Shown: positions 1 to 10,055, counted from the first letter of the stretch. The stretch: DNA of 64,000 nt from Candidatus Altimarinota bacterium (GCA_963677745.1 OY782391.1:800001-864000), one strand, 5' to 3'. Numbers and translations are program-made. The notes: generated by a model not told the origin, from the letters alone.

Positions 1-1005
1 CGCGCCCAGATGGCCGAGCTCACCACCGAAACCGAAAAACCCGATTTCTGGAATGACCCGGAAACCGCCAAGGCAAGCAGTAAACAACTGGCGGCTTTGC
101 AAAAAGAATTTAACGACTGGGAGAAACTCGGCACGGATTGTGCCTACCTGAAAGAGCTCTCTCCCACCATCAATATGGATGAGGATCCGGCTACCGGTGA
201 GGAATTCAAAAAGCTGGTGGACGATCTGGAAAAACACTGGCGCAAACTGGAAGTGAAAACTTTTCTGGGCGGCAAATATGATCAAGGGGACGCGATCCTG
301 TCCATTCATGCCGGCACCGGTGGCAAGGATGCCATGGATTTTGTCGGTATGCTGCTTAGAATGTATCTGCGCTGGGCCGAGGAACAGGGCTATTCAACTG
401 AAATCCTGGAACGTTCCGACGGGGAAGAAGTCGGTATCAAATCGGTTACCGTCAGCGTGGTCGGACCTTTCGCCTACGGTTATTTGCGTTGCGAAAAAGG
501 CGTGCACCGCCTGGTGCGGAATTCTCCCTTCAACGCCAAGAACTCGCGCGAAACAAGTTTCGCGCTCGTTGAAGTAATGCCCGACGTCGACGTCAGCCAT
601 CAGGCCAAAATCAACAAAGACGACCTGAAAGTGGACACTTTCCGTTCCGGTGGGGCCGGTGGGCAGAATGTCAATAAAGTTTCCAGCGCCGTGCGCATCA
701 CCCATCTGCCCACCGGCCTGGTGGTCGCCTGCCAGACTGAACGCTCCCAACTCCAGAACAAAGACCGTGCCATGAAAATACTCACCGCCAAACTGGTTGA
801 TCTGGCCGAAAAACAGCAGGTGCAGGAACTGTCCAAACTCAAGGGAGAACCTGTACAAATGAGTTGGGGTAATCAGATCCGTTCCTACGTATTGCATCCT
901 TACACCATGGTCAAAGATCACCGCACCGACCACGAGGAGCACGACGTTAACGCCATTCTGGATGGCGCCATCGACGGTTTTATCGAAGCGGAACTGAAAA
1001 AGTAA
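1..1005 (+). CDS. prfB: Peptide chain release factor 2 (5' end upstream of window)
   Basis: GGQ motif (SGGAGGQNVNK), SPF tripeptide, HRLVR and WGNQIRSY motifs; frame is open from base 1. Confidence 0.97.
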   Translation, partial: RAQMAELTTETEKPDFWNDPETAKASSKQLAALQKEFNDWEKLGTDCAYLKELSPTINMDEDPATGEEFKKLVDDLEKHWRKLEVKTFLGGKYDQGDAILSIHAGTGGKDAMDFVGMLLRMYLRWAEEQGYSTEILERSDGEEVGIKSVTVSVVGPFAYGYLRCEKGVHRLVRNSPFNAKNSRETSFALVEVMPDVDVSHQAKINKDDLKVDTFRSGGAGGQNVNKVSSAVRITHLPTGLVVACQTERSQLQNKDRAMKILTAKLVDLAEKQQVQELSKLKGEPVQMSWGNQIRSYVLHPYTMVKDHRTDHEEHDVNAILDGAIDGFIEAELKK

Positions 1006-1015
1006 AACCCGGCAA

Positions 1016-1807
1016 TTATTCGCACACCGGCAGCATGAACGATCTTGCCCACATCAGCTTTTTCGGATGGACTGGATCTTTTATCCCGATTTGTGCCAGC
1101 AGGGAAGCTTCCGTTTTTTTATCCTGGCAATTATAATAAAAATACATGATTGATGGATCTTTTTCGTCCATCGTCCTAGCTCTGTAATTCAAACCCTCCG
1201 GTACAATCAGACGAAAAGCGTTGGCGCCGACATTTGGGTTAATGATCTTCACCGCCACCAGCAGTTCTTTTTGGTCGGTTCTGGTAATTCTTTCCCGGAC
1301 GGGCCGCCATCTAAATTGGCTGCCTGTGGAAGAGTCAGGAGTTTCCTGGGGAAGCAGAAAAACCGCCTTGGCCTGAAGTTCCGCCCGGCCGGTTTCAAAA
1401 TCAAAATCCTTCGCTGTGGCTTTGATTTTATGGATTTGGAGTGCATTTTTCAGATCCTGATTGGAGCGGATTGTTTCGGGGATATCCGTATTATCGGATG
1501 ATTCCGCGGAAGCGCTGCCGGACGGAACGCCGCTGGCTTCGGTTTGTGTCACACCTGCGGAAGAATCCGGGGCAAACGGGAATTTCTTATTGATATATTG
1601 ATAACCCAATGTGGCGATTGATCCTCCAGTGGCCAGGCTGATACACATCACGGCAATCACGCTGCAACCGACGCCTTTCCGCGTTTCCTGGATTTCGGTG
1701 CCGGGGATTTCAATTTTATCCGATTTAATCCTGATGGTCGGGGCAAATTCCATCGAATCTGGAGGTGTAGCGAGGGTTTTTTGCTCCGAATTGTGCTTTT
1801 CAGTCAT
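1016..1807 (-). CDS. Hypothetical single-pass membrane protein
   Basis: 263-aa ORF; hydrophobic segment at about aa 45-70, then a Ser/Ala linker and a globular domain. Confidence 0.7.
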   Translation of the reverse strand: MTEKHNSEQKTLATPPDSMEFAPTIRIKSDKIEIPGTEIQETRKGVGCSVIAVMCISLATGGSIATLGYQYINKKFPFAPDSSAGVTQTEASGVPSGSASAESSDNTDIPETIRSNQDLKNALQIHKIKATAKDFDFETGRAELQAKAVFLLPQETPDSSTGSQFRWRPVRERITRTDQKELLVAVKIINPNVGANAFRLIVPEGLNYRARTMDEKDPSIMYFYYNCQDKKTEASLLAQIGIKDPVHPKKLMWARSFMLPVCE

Positions 1808-1958
1808 ACTAATATTGTTTACATTTTCTGTAATTCATTACTTAAAAGACAGTTTCGGCCGAATAATTACAGAGAAAAGTGATTATGCCAAATTTTTATG
1901 GGCGTGTTTGACTACCCATTGCCCCTATTGTATCATTCCACCTTCATTATAAATTTAT

Positions 1959-2690
1959 ATGGCCGGTTTGAAAACGTTACCCGACGAACTGCCCCTGGAG
2001 ACCGACGAATACCAGATGGATCGCTATCTGCTGGATCTGGTCGATCTGACCACGGAACGAATTTGCGAGCGCGCCAATGCCATTGTCCCACCGGAGGCGG
2101 TTGATTATATCGGCCGGGAAAGATCCGCCATGAACGAAAAGATCCACGTAATCAGTGAACTGGGTTTTCAGATGAGAAACTGTTTTGCCAAATCCCTTGA
2201 CCGCGAAAAACTGAATGAATCTATCAGAACTCTGGTTTCTGCTTCCTCCAATCCCGCCCAAAGCATGGCAATAATTTCCCGCATGTGGAAACATTTGGCC
2301 TATAACGGTAACATCCCTTTCAAACCGAAATGGAATTTTATGGAATCTCCCTGCTTTTACCCGGTTTTGGCCGATTACGCCCGCCAGCAGAATTTATCGC
2401 CACTAAGTGTGGCCGAAGACAGTGAATTATGCTTCGACATCAGGACCTGGAAAGACGGCACATCGCCGGAACGGATTTTAAAAAAGCTTGATGCGGAAAT
2501 CCGGAAAACGGAACAGGCGGATGCAACAGCTGAACGTGCTTTAAACACTCCTGCCCGCCGCCAAAGAAGGCACCGGAGTCGTATGCGCGAACACATGGTT
2601 TCCAGGGTTTACATCAAACGCCTGCTGGAAATAAGAGCCTTCCTCGAAAAACTCTTTCAGAAAAAAGACCAGGTCTCTGACCATCGTTAA
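1959..2690 (+). CDS. Hypothetical protein, paralog of 2724..3506
   Basis: 243 aa; shares LPDELPLE, VPPEAV and AMNEKI motifs with the next ORF. Confidence 0.85.
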   Translation: MAGLKTLPDELPLETDEYQMDRYLLDLVDLTTERICERANAIVPPEAVDYIGRERSAMNEKIHVISELGFQMRNCFAKSLDREKLNESIRTLVSASSNPAQSMAIISRMWKHLAYNGNIPFKPKWNFMESPCFYPVLADYARQQNLSPLSVAEDSELCFDIRTWKDGTSPERILKKLDAEIRKTEQADATAERALNTPARRQRRHRSRMREHMVSRVYIKRLLEIRAFLEKLFQKKDQVSDHR

Positions 2691-2723
2691 ATTGTTTTAC
2701 ATAATCCTTTACTCATAATTTAT

Positions 2724-3506
2724 ATGGCCGATTTGAACAAATTGCCCGACGAACTTCCCCTGGAAGTGGACAATCATCAGGTGGAACAATATATCTTACA
2801 GCTGGCCGAACTTACCACAGATCATATCCGGCGCAGGCCGAACTCTCTGGTTCCTCCAGAGGCGGTAGAATTTATTGGGAAAGAGCGCGTGGCAATGAAT
2901 GAAAAAATCAACGCGATAGTCCAAATGTCTTTTCAAATGCAGGAAGCAATACGCGAAACCGGCAAAACAGAAACTTTATGCGAACAGGCGTTGCCGGGCC
3001 CGGATGAGAAGATCGGGGACGCCAATCCCAGGATAATAAAACTCAACGAAATGATCAGATCTTTGGTATCTTTTTCAGTTGATCCGGCCTTAAGCATGTC
3101 CTTAATCTCCCGGCTCTGGAAATATCAAAAAGTGACGATGGAAACACCCTATGACCCGAAGGAATATCGCCTGAGTCCGTCGACTTTTCATATGAATCTG
3201 GAAAGATACGCCCGTGAGCGCAATCTGCCGCCGTTTACCGAAAACGAAAAATTCCAGCTGTTCTCCGCAATCAAAGACTGGAAACTGGGCAAGCCTCCTG
3301 AACAAATTTTAAAAATGCTCGGCTACTCAATCGATGCCGCTTCCCACCGTGCGAGCTTCCCCACCCGTGCTTCCCGTGAATATGCCCGTAACCGTGGCAT
3401 TAATCGTGCCGCTCTCAGCGAAAACGTCTATCGTCTGAGGGAGATTGAGACTTTTCTCAAAGATCTGTTCCGGCAAAAAAAAGATCCACCCGTCTCCCCT
3501 TCTTAA
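2724..3506 (+). CDS. Hypothetical protein, paralog of 1959..2690
   Basis: 260 aa; end-to-end similarity, both ending ..L.EI..FL..LF..K. Confidence 0.85.
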   Translation: MADLNKLPDELPLEVDNHQVEQYILQLAELTTDHIRRRPNSLVPPEAVEFIGKERVAMNEKINAIVQMSFQMQEAIRETGKTETLCEQALPGPDEKIGDANPRIIKLNEMIRSLVSFSVDPALSMSLISRLWKYQKVTMETPYDPKEYRLSPSTFHMNLERYARERNLPPFTENEKFQLFSAIKDWKLGKPPEQILKMLGYSIDAASHRASFPTRASREYARNRGINRAALSENVYRLREIETFLKDLFRQKKDPPVSPS

Positions 3507-3596
3507 CAGCACCGGCGACAATCGTAAAGGTAAGAAAATCTTACGTTTACCTAAACCGCAGGTGCCACTCGGCACCCCCAAAAATAGAATGCTTTT

Positions 3597-3833
3597 TTAT
3601 CCGTTCTTTTCCACCTTGATTATCCGCACCGGGCAGGCTTCGGCGGCCTGGACGTTGGCACGGTGGTCATGTTCCTGAATTTCCAGTACGTCACATTTCC
3701 CTTTGTGTTCGCCGCCGATTAATTCGGCGCGGCCGGTTTTCATGTTCATCCGCCAATGCCCCGGGGCAATCAGGCAGCAGGAATTACAGCCAATGCAGTT
3801 TTCCGGATAATGTATTACTTTAATTTTGGCCAT
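3597..3833 (-). CDS. Ferredoxin (single-cluster Fe-S type)
   Basis: CIGCNSC...AAEACP cysteine pattern, 78 aa. Confidence 0.9.
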   Translation of the reverse strand: MAKIKVIHYPENCIGCNSCCLIAPGHWRMNMKTGRAELIGGEHKGKCDVLEIQEHDHRANVQAAEACPVRIIKVEKNG

Positions 3834-3847
3834 GATTAACTTTCAAT

Positions 3848-5152
3848 TTATTTATAATTTACCCGCTCGGTGATTATGTAAATCTTATCGTTCAGACGGA
3901 CTTTTTCAGCCAGGGGAATAGTCACGACGGTATTTTTTTCAGCCGTTTTCAAAGTCACCCCGTCCTTTATGATTTTGCTGACAACGCCTCGCACCACTCC
4001 GGTCTGCCGTCCGACAAACATCAGCCGGTCGCCCAGTTTCAGCCGGGAGCTTTGCAGCTTGATTTCAGCAACTTTGGCCTTTGGATAATAATGGACGACC
4101 ACACCCAGATGGGTTTTCTCCTCGGTAGCCTGACTACCCGAACTTCTGGCCCACTCGGGCAGCGGTTTGCCCATATAATATCCTTCGGCAAAGCCGCGAT
4201 TATAAACGGATTTCAGGCGCTTCATCAGCTTATTGATCAGGGCCGCGCCGAACTTTCCAGCGGCAATTGCGTCGACCGCCTCCCGGTACACTCCCACCAC
4301 CACGCTCACATACTCGGGCGCGCGGCCCCTTCCCTCGATTTTAAAAACGTCAATCCCCGCCTCCGCCAGTTTGTCCAGAAAAGGCAGGGTGCACAAATCG
4401 GCGGGACTTAAAACAAATCCGTCCTGCACCACAAATTCGGCCTGGGTTTCCTCATCAATAATCCGGTATTTTTTGCGGCATTCCTGCAGACAGGCACCCC
4501 GCTGCGCGGAGGTATTGCTCTGGATCAGGCTCATCTGGCAGCGTCCGCTCTGGGCTATACAAAGGGCTCCGTGCACGAACGCTTCAATCTTGACCGGTTT
4601 GCCGGAAGGCCCGCACACTTTTTCTTCGCGGACACCTTTTACAATCGACTCAATCATTTTCAGATCCAGCTCGCGGGCCAGCACAATCGTATCGGCAAAT
4701 TGTGCATAAAATTTTACGCTTTCCAGATTGGAAATCGACAGCTGGGTTGAGGCCTGTACCGATACTCCCTTGCTGCGCGCATAAAGTACCGCTGCCATAT
4801 CCTGCGCAATCACGGCGCTGATACCGGCTTTTGCGGCCGCATCGACAATCCGCCGCATCAAAGTCATGTCGTGCGGGTAGAGCAGAGTGTTCAGGGTGAG
4901 ATAGGATTTGACTCCGGCTTTTCGGCAAATCTTTGCCACCTCCGGCAAATCCTCCAGACAAAAATTATTGGCCGAACGGGCCCGCATATTCAGATGCTGC
5001 ACCCCGAAATAAACGCTGTCGGCGCCGGCCTTAATCGCTGCGGCCAATGATTCAAATGATCCGGCCGGCGCCATAATCTCCGGCTTTTTCAACTTCTGCC
5101 CGGCGGACTTGCGCGACCTGGCCGATCTGCGCGGCTTGGTAATTTTTTTCAT
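3848..5152 (-). CDS. U32 family protein (TrhP/RlhA-like Fe-S RNA hydroxylase)
   Basis: EIMAPAG, GADSVYFG, EAFVHGALCIAQSGRC, GACLQECR and KIEGR motifs; C-terminal beta-barrel. Confidence 0.92.
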   Translation of the reverse strand: MKKITKPRRSARSRKSAGQKLKKPEIMAPAGSFESLAAAIKAGADSVYFGVQHLNMRARSANNFCLEDLPEVAKICRKAGVKSYLTLNTLLYPHDMTLMRRIVDAAAKAGISAVIAQDMAAVLYARSKGVSVQASTQLSISNLESVKFYAQFADTIVLARELDLKMIESIVKGVREEKVCGPSGKPVKIEAFVHGALCIAQSGRCQMSLIQSNTSAQRGACLQECRKKYRIIDEETQAEFVVQDGFVLSPADLCTLPFLDKLAEAGIDVFKIEGRGRAPEYVSVVVGVYREAVDAIAAGKFGAALINKLMKRLKSVYNRGFAEGYYMGKPLPEWARSSGSQATEEKTHLGVVVHYYPKAKVAEIKLQSSRLKLGDRLMFVGRQTGVVRGVVSKIIKDGVTLKTAEKNTVVTIPLAEKVRLNDKIYIITERVNYK

Positions 5153-5158
5153 TCCCAG

Positions 5159-5674
5159 TCAGATATTTAAATGTCTTTCTCTTTTTTCCATCTGTTCCAG
5201 CACGTTGTTTTCGCGTTTTTCGATCTTGTCCACAAACAGCACTCCGTCCAGATGATCAATTTCATGTTGCACCACCCGGGCATTTAGTTCCGAGAGTTTG
5301 AGCATCTGTGATTTCCCTTTTTTATCCAGGAATTTAACGATAATATCGCGGTAACGCCGTACCGGTTCAAATACTTTTGGAATGCTCAGGCAGCCTTCCG
5401 TATCCACCTCGGTTTCCTCGGAATGAAAAACAATTTCCGGATCTATCATCGGCAGATTCACCTCTTGGTCTGTCTGCTGATTCAGTTTCACGATAATTAT
5501 TCTCCTGGACTCCCCTACTTGTGGAGCAGCCAGTCCGCAGCCGTTTCCCTCCTCCATGGTCTGTTCCATATCCTGAACCAGTTTCAGGATTACCCGGTCG
5601 ATTTTTTTAACCGGCTTGGCCGTTTTTCTCAGTACCCGATTGTCTGTACCCGTTTCGATTTTAAGTCTGGACAT
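5159..5674 (-). CDS. def: Peptide deformylase
   Basis: GCGLAAPQVG, EGCLS and QHEIDHLDG motifs. Confidence 0.97.
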   Translation of the reverse strand: MSRLKIETGTDNRVLRKTAKPVKKIDRVILKLVQDMEQTMEEGNGCGLAAPQVGESRRIIIVKLNQQTDQEVNLPMIDPEIVFHSEETEVDTEGCLSIPKVFEPVRRYRDIIVKFLDKKGKSQMLKLSELNARVVQHEIDHLDGVLFVDKIEKRENNVLEQMEKRERHLNI

Positions 5675-5879
5675 GTCCTCTGATAAATGTCTTTGGATAA
5701 TTGATTCTAGACGGATGGTACTTGAAAATCAACAAAAGTCGAGTATGATTGCACCTTCTTTGTCACTTTTCGGACAGGCCGTCAGGGTCTGCGAAAGCGT
5801 AACAGGGAGATCAAAGTCTTTCGCCTAACGGATCCTTGACATCCTGAATTTCTGATAAACCACGACCTGGAGGGAAATC

Positions 5880-7022
5880 ATGAAGGCTTCTCACCTCAAA
5901 TGGCTGGCACTGTATCTGGTCCTGCTGTTGGCGGGTGTGATTGTTTTCATTACCCTCGACGGCTGGCCTCGCCAATACCTGATGATGATCCTGGTGGGAG
6001 GGGCTCTGGTAGAGACCCTTCACCTGATCACACCGCCCTGTCTGCTCAAGTACGTCGGAACCTGGCCGTTTGGTGCACCCAACTGGCAGTCCATCGAGAG
6101 GGTCCCGATAACGCTTTTGGCCTTTCTACTTGTCTACGGGGCTGGCGGTGATCCGTTCATACTCTGGACCGGTTTGCTGATCGGCATCGTCGGCATCTAC
6201 ATGGACCGGCTGGACGGCAAAACGGTCAAGAGCCTACTTGCCCGTCTGCGCATTCTCAAGGAGATCCAGATCATCAAGCCGGATGGCAGGAGAATCACCG
6301 CTTCACCGGAAGTGGCCGAACCTCCCCTTACCAAATCCGGAGAACTCTGGGCCTGGTTCGAGATGGAACAGAAGGTCAAAAAGGTGGTCAGGAAAACTCA
6401 GGTCAGGGTGCTGGTAGAAGACTGGCTCTACTACCTGAAAAGTCCCGGCACCAGATTACCCATGTTCCAGCTGGACAGGAGCGAAGATCCCCGCTACCCG
6501 GGCTTGCGTCTTTCCCTGACCGGCTTGGGAGAGGTGATCGATCCCCTGGCGGACAAGGGCTGTTTCATACCCGCCTTCATCCATCTGGCTCAGGCCGGCT
6601 TGGTGAATCCCTGGGTGGCCGCTCTGATGATTCTCTCCGACCTGATCAGCACGGTTTTCCGTCGGCCCTTCGACCGGCTGCCGGTTTTCCGCCACCTGCA
6701 AAGGCTGGTCAAAAATGACCAGACTTCCGGCTATGGCAAGCCGAAGAAGGAAGAAAAAGCCTCCGCTTTCGGTAAAACGAAGGTGGTCTGGCAATTCATC
6801 GTTCTTCTGGCGACCCTGCCGGCCTCCGCCGGCTGGTTGAATCCGGTGGAGATGTACTGGAGCAGATCGATCGCTTCCTGGACCCTCGGATTGGGAGTAC
6901 TGGCCGGCGTGTTCAGCACTCTGTCCCGGCTCAAGATCTGGCAGGTGATTCTGAGGCGGTTCGGGCTGCGGCGCTGGAATCAGAATTTCAAGGAGGTCTT
7001 CGACCACGATGTGGAGGACTGA
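5880..7022 (+). CDS. CDP-alcohol phosphatidyltransferase family membrane protein with large insertion
   Basis: DRLDG ... GEVIDPLADK motif halves, a GKTKVVWQ PgsA-like motif, several TM helices, GGAGG RBS. Confidence 0.75.
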   Translation: MKASHLKWLALYLVLLLAGVIVFITLDGWPRQYLMMILVGGALVETLHLITPPCLLKYVGTWPFGAPNWQSIERVPITLLAFLLVYGAGGDPFILWTGLLIGIVGIYMDRLDGKTVKSLLARLRILKEIQIIKPDGRRITASPEVAEPPLTKSGELWAWFEMEQKVKKVVRKTQVRVLVEDWLYYLKSPGTRLPMFQLDRSEDPRYPGLRLSLTGLGEVIDPLADKGCFIPAFIHLAQAGLVNPWVAALMILSDLISTVFRRPFDRLPVFRHLQRLVKNDQTSGYGKPKKEEKASAFGKTKVVWQFIVLLATLPASAGWLNPVEMYWSRSIASWTLGLGVLAGVFSTLSRLKIWQVILRRFGLRRWNQNFKEVFDHDVED

Positions 7023-7023
7023 A

Positions 7024-7055
7024 AACAGGCGGGTGCGCATGCGCGCCCGCCTGTT
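7024..7055. terminator. Hairpin between convergent genes
   Basis: aacaggcgggtgcgc-at-gcgcgcccgcctgtt inverted repeat just after the stop codon. Confidence 0.7.
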
Positions 7056-7077
7056 CAGCGAATTAAATTTTAATCAT

Positions 7078-8364
7078 TCAGGAAGGATTGGCAGGTGTAA
7101 TCCCTCCGGGTCCCGTTGTCTGTCCCGGTCCCGGACCGGCGGTGGTTGGTATTCCCTTATTTTTCAGCACCATAAATACTACCGCCAATACGATGATTAT
7201 GGCCGCCACCAGGGCAACGACATTGTGAAAAACCATTGCCACCAATATTGTGACGCCGCTTAGTACCAGTGCAGTGACAAAAGTGATTATTCCAATCAAT
7301 CCTCCGCTGATCATTCCTAAAAACGGCAGGAAATCCGTCAGTACTTTGATCGGCGCCAGGATCATACTGAGGCCTATCCACATCATCAAAAATCCAATGC
7401 CTCTGACTATCCAGATCCACATTACGTAGGATTGATGAAGCGATACAATTGCCTCTTCCTTTGTTCCCAGAAAGAGCTGATAGAAACGGTTGTTGTTACC
7501 ATCAAGATACGGCCCGAAAGTTTTGTCATTCAGTTTCCCGAACAGGGTAACTTTTGTCTCATTGTTTAACACACGGTAGCTGATCCGTATATCTCCGATC
7601 TGGGGAGCGGCAAAGCTGGCTCCCTGAGACCGGCTGATGTAGAGGAATTCCCCGTTCATCAGCTGGGGGGTGTTGGGGGCGGCATTACCGGGCTGTGCCA
7701 ATACGGCGGGAGTGACAGAGGAAAGAGCGGCGGTATTTACATTATTAATCAGAGGCAGATCGACGGTTTTTAAATCGGTATTTTCCGCAGTCAGAGTCAG
7801 TTTATTTAGCTCCGGTAGAGTGATGCTTTGCATGTCCACATTATACATTCCGATGGTGGCGTCGCTTACCCTTTTCTGCAGCTGCCCGAAAGGCAAAGAC
7901 GGATTACTGTGATCAGCGGGATACCTGAAATCCGCGGAATTTTCAGGAGAACTGCTCCAGGTTTTTTTATATTCATAAGTTCTGGTGGTGGTCTCTGACC
8001 CCCCGGCACTGCTTTGGGTGGAGGTTTTTTCGTCTTCCTCCCAGGAATACATTTCTACTTTTCTTTCCAGAACCAGATATTTTCCGGGCTTTAAAAACTG
8101 TCCGTCATCCAATGTTTCGGCAGAGATCAGAGGCGCAGTGGTGACCAGCAGTTTTTCACTCATTGCCGGATCGGTAACTGCAGTATCGGCTTTTATTTCC
8201 ACGGCGGTTTTGGCGATCTGTGAATAATCGACGCTGCCCTCGTTGTTATACAGCACTATGAAAGAACCGAAAAAAAACAAAACTCCCACAATGATTCCCC
8301 CGATGGAATTGGAAATTCTCTTCCCGTAACCGGTGGTGGTTACTTCGGTAAAACGATCTGCCAT
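7078..8364 (-). CDS. TMEM43/DUF1625 family membrane protein
   Basis: N-terminal TM then NEG, R-KVEMYSW-E, PQIGDIRISY motifs; three C-terminal TMs. Confidence 0.85.
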   Translation of the reverse strand: MADRFTEVTTTGYGKRISNSIGGIIVGVLFFFGSFIVLYNNEGSVDYSQIAKTAVEIKADTAVTDPAMSEKLLVTTAPLISAETLDDGQFLKPGKYLVLERKVEMYSWEEDEKTSTQSSAGGSETTTRTYEYKKTWSSSPENSADFRYPADHSNPSLPFGQLQKRVSDATIGMYNVDMQSITLPELNKLTLTAENTDLKTVDLPLINNVNTAALSSVTPAVLAQPGNAAPNTPQLMNGEFLYISRSQGASFAAPQIGDIRISYRVLNNETKVTLFGKLNDKTFGPYLDGNNNRFYQLFLGTKEEAIVSLHQSYVMWIWIVRGIGFLMMWIGLSMILAPIKVLTDFLPFLGMISGGLIGIITFVTALVLSGVTILVAMVFHNVVALVAAIIIVLAVVFMVLKNKGIPTTAGPGPGQTTGPGGITPANPS

Positions 8365-8395
8365 GTTTATAAAACGTTAAGGATATTAATGGGTA

Positions 8396-8938
8396 TTACA
8401 AGTTCTCATAGATCTCGTCCAAACTTTTTTTTAAGGCTTCAATATCGCCGTCATTAGTCACCAGATAGTCGGCAATGGCTATCGGACCTCCCTTTTCGGA
8501 ATTTTCAATTTCGGCTTTGTCGCGGCCGAAGGCCTCCTCGTTATTCAGAGGTCTTACCTTACGCATGGACAGTCTTTGATAACGGATTTTCCTGGTTGTA
8601 TAGACTGCCAATACCGTCAAAATACCGGGGAATTTTTCCCGTAAAACTTTGTATTCGGACCAGCTGTATAATCCGTCGATTATCACGCTTCCCTGGATCA
8701 GCGCGGCTTCGATTTTGGGCAGGTTGATCAGGGCGTAGGCAGCCATCCCCAGCTGCTTGCGCAGGTCTTCCCGCACCAGCTTTTCATTGGTTTCATTAAC
8801 CTCCAGACCGCGCTTTTTGACTTCCTCCAGAGTAGCGCCCCCAAAATAGACGGACTGATATCCTTTCTGTTGAAAGAATTCATTGACCACCGATTTTCCC
8901 GATCCGGTCATTCCCACCAAAGCGATTATTTTATTCAT
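8396..8938 (-). CDS. P-loop kinase, UPF0200/dephospho-CoA kinase-like
   Basis: GMTGSGKS Walker A, IIDG, R..RL..R lid and ADY.V.N motifs. Confidence 0.8.
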   Translation of the reverse strand: MNKIIALVGMTGSGKSVVNEFFQQKGYQSVYFGGATLEEVKKRGLEVNETNEKLVREDLRKQLGMAAYALINLPKIEAALIQGSVIIDGLYSWSEYKVLREKFPGILTVLAVYTTRKIRYQRLSMRKVRPLNNEEAFGRDKAEIENSEKGGPIAIADYLVTNDGDIEALKKSLDEIYENL

Positions 8939-10055
8939 GGACGGCTTGATTGTCTTTGACTAATAGTTTTTGGACCTGCAGACCCTGTACAAAGGCCTTG
9001 CCCCCAAAATATATCTTCCCGATATTACCTGTAAAAGATCCTGTCGTAAGGGCTTTTTCTATCGAATCAAAATCCCCGTTATTTTCCGAAATCAATTTTA
9101 CCAGCAGGTCCAGGGCGTCGATCGTGGCAGCCGTATAAAAAACATTTATTCTTTCCATAGGGCCTTTTTCGGCCATCAGTTGATTGCGGTAATCGATGAA
9201 CTTGGCATCCGCCACCACCGGCGAATCAAGGATTATCATTCCGTTAACCACCTGCGGGGCTCTCGACAGTACATCGGGATCATTATAGGAGGCCTCACCC
9301 AATAATTGTATTTTTAGATTGGCTTTTTCTACGGCTTTCAGCATATTCAGGGCCATCTCATGCGTACTGGGATTTAGCCATAATATTTCCGCACCGCTGG
9401 ATTTAATTTTTGCCATTATTTCATCGAAATCTTTTGTCTCCGGCGGGACTTTTTCGTCAACGGCAATTTTTAGATCTTTGTACTGGCTGTACAGTAAGTT
9501 ATCCAGATCCTCTTCATACGTGGTGGAATCCAGAGATTTTTCGGAAAGAGTGGCGATTATTTTATACTTCGCCAATTCCCGGGCGGTCGCTTCGTTGATC
9601 AATGAAACCGGGTATGAAAGAGACATCGTTCTGGGACTGGTTCCCTCCAGACTCGAATTGGAGGTGGTGGCGGAAAGCAATATGACTTTTTTCTCTTTGG
9701 TGTAGGGCGCGGCGGCAAAAGTGGCCGCAGAACAAAGCCCGCCGATTACATACTGAATTTTTTCGTCTTCCACCAGCTTTCTCATGCTCTCGGCCGCCGC
9801 GCCTACTTCGCATTGTCCGTCTTGATAGACCAGCTCCACCTGAAAATCATTTTTATCGTTTATTTCTTTAACACGGTAATCCAGTACGTTTTTCTGTTCC
9901 AGGCCAAACGGAGCAAACTCCCCGCTCAGCGGCGTGATTACCCCGATCTTATAGACTTTCCCCAGCTTTTTGGAATCGGGGCTGCTATCCGAACAGGCTG
10001 ATAAAAAAAGCACTCCAACCAGTAACAGGGCGCTTATTGAAGACTTATTAAACAT
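8931..10055 (-). CDS. ABC substrate-binding lipoprotein (LivJ/K branched-chain amino acid type)
   Basis: Lipobox LSAC after ATG at 10055; KIGVITPLSG and GGLCS motifs. Confidence 0.85.
   Translation of the reverse strand: MFNKSSISALLLVGVLFLSACSDSSPDSKKLGKVYKIGVITPLSGEFAPFGLEQKNVLDYRVKEINDKNDFQVELVYQDGQCEVGAAAESMRKLVEDEKIQYVIGGLCSAATFAAAPYTKEKKVILLSATTSNSSLEGTSPRTMSLSYPVSLINEATARELAKYKIIATLSEKSLDSTTYEEDLDNLLYSQYKDLKIAVDEKVPPETKDFDEIMAKIKSSGAEILWLNPSTHEMALNMLKAVEKANLKIQLLGEASYNDPDVLSRAPQVVNGMIILDSPVVADAKFIDYRNQLMAEKGPMERINVFYTAATIDALDLLVKLISENNGDFDSIEKALTTGSFTGNIGKIYFGGKAFVQGLQVQKLLVKDNQAVHE

Noticed and set aside
1-60. prfB programmed +1 frameshift site
   Set aside because: The CTT-TGA site would lie upstream of base 1, so it cannot be assessed here.
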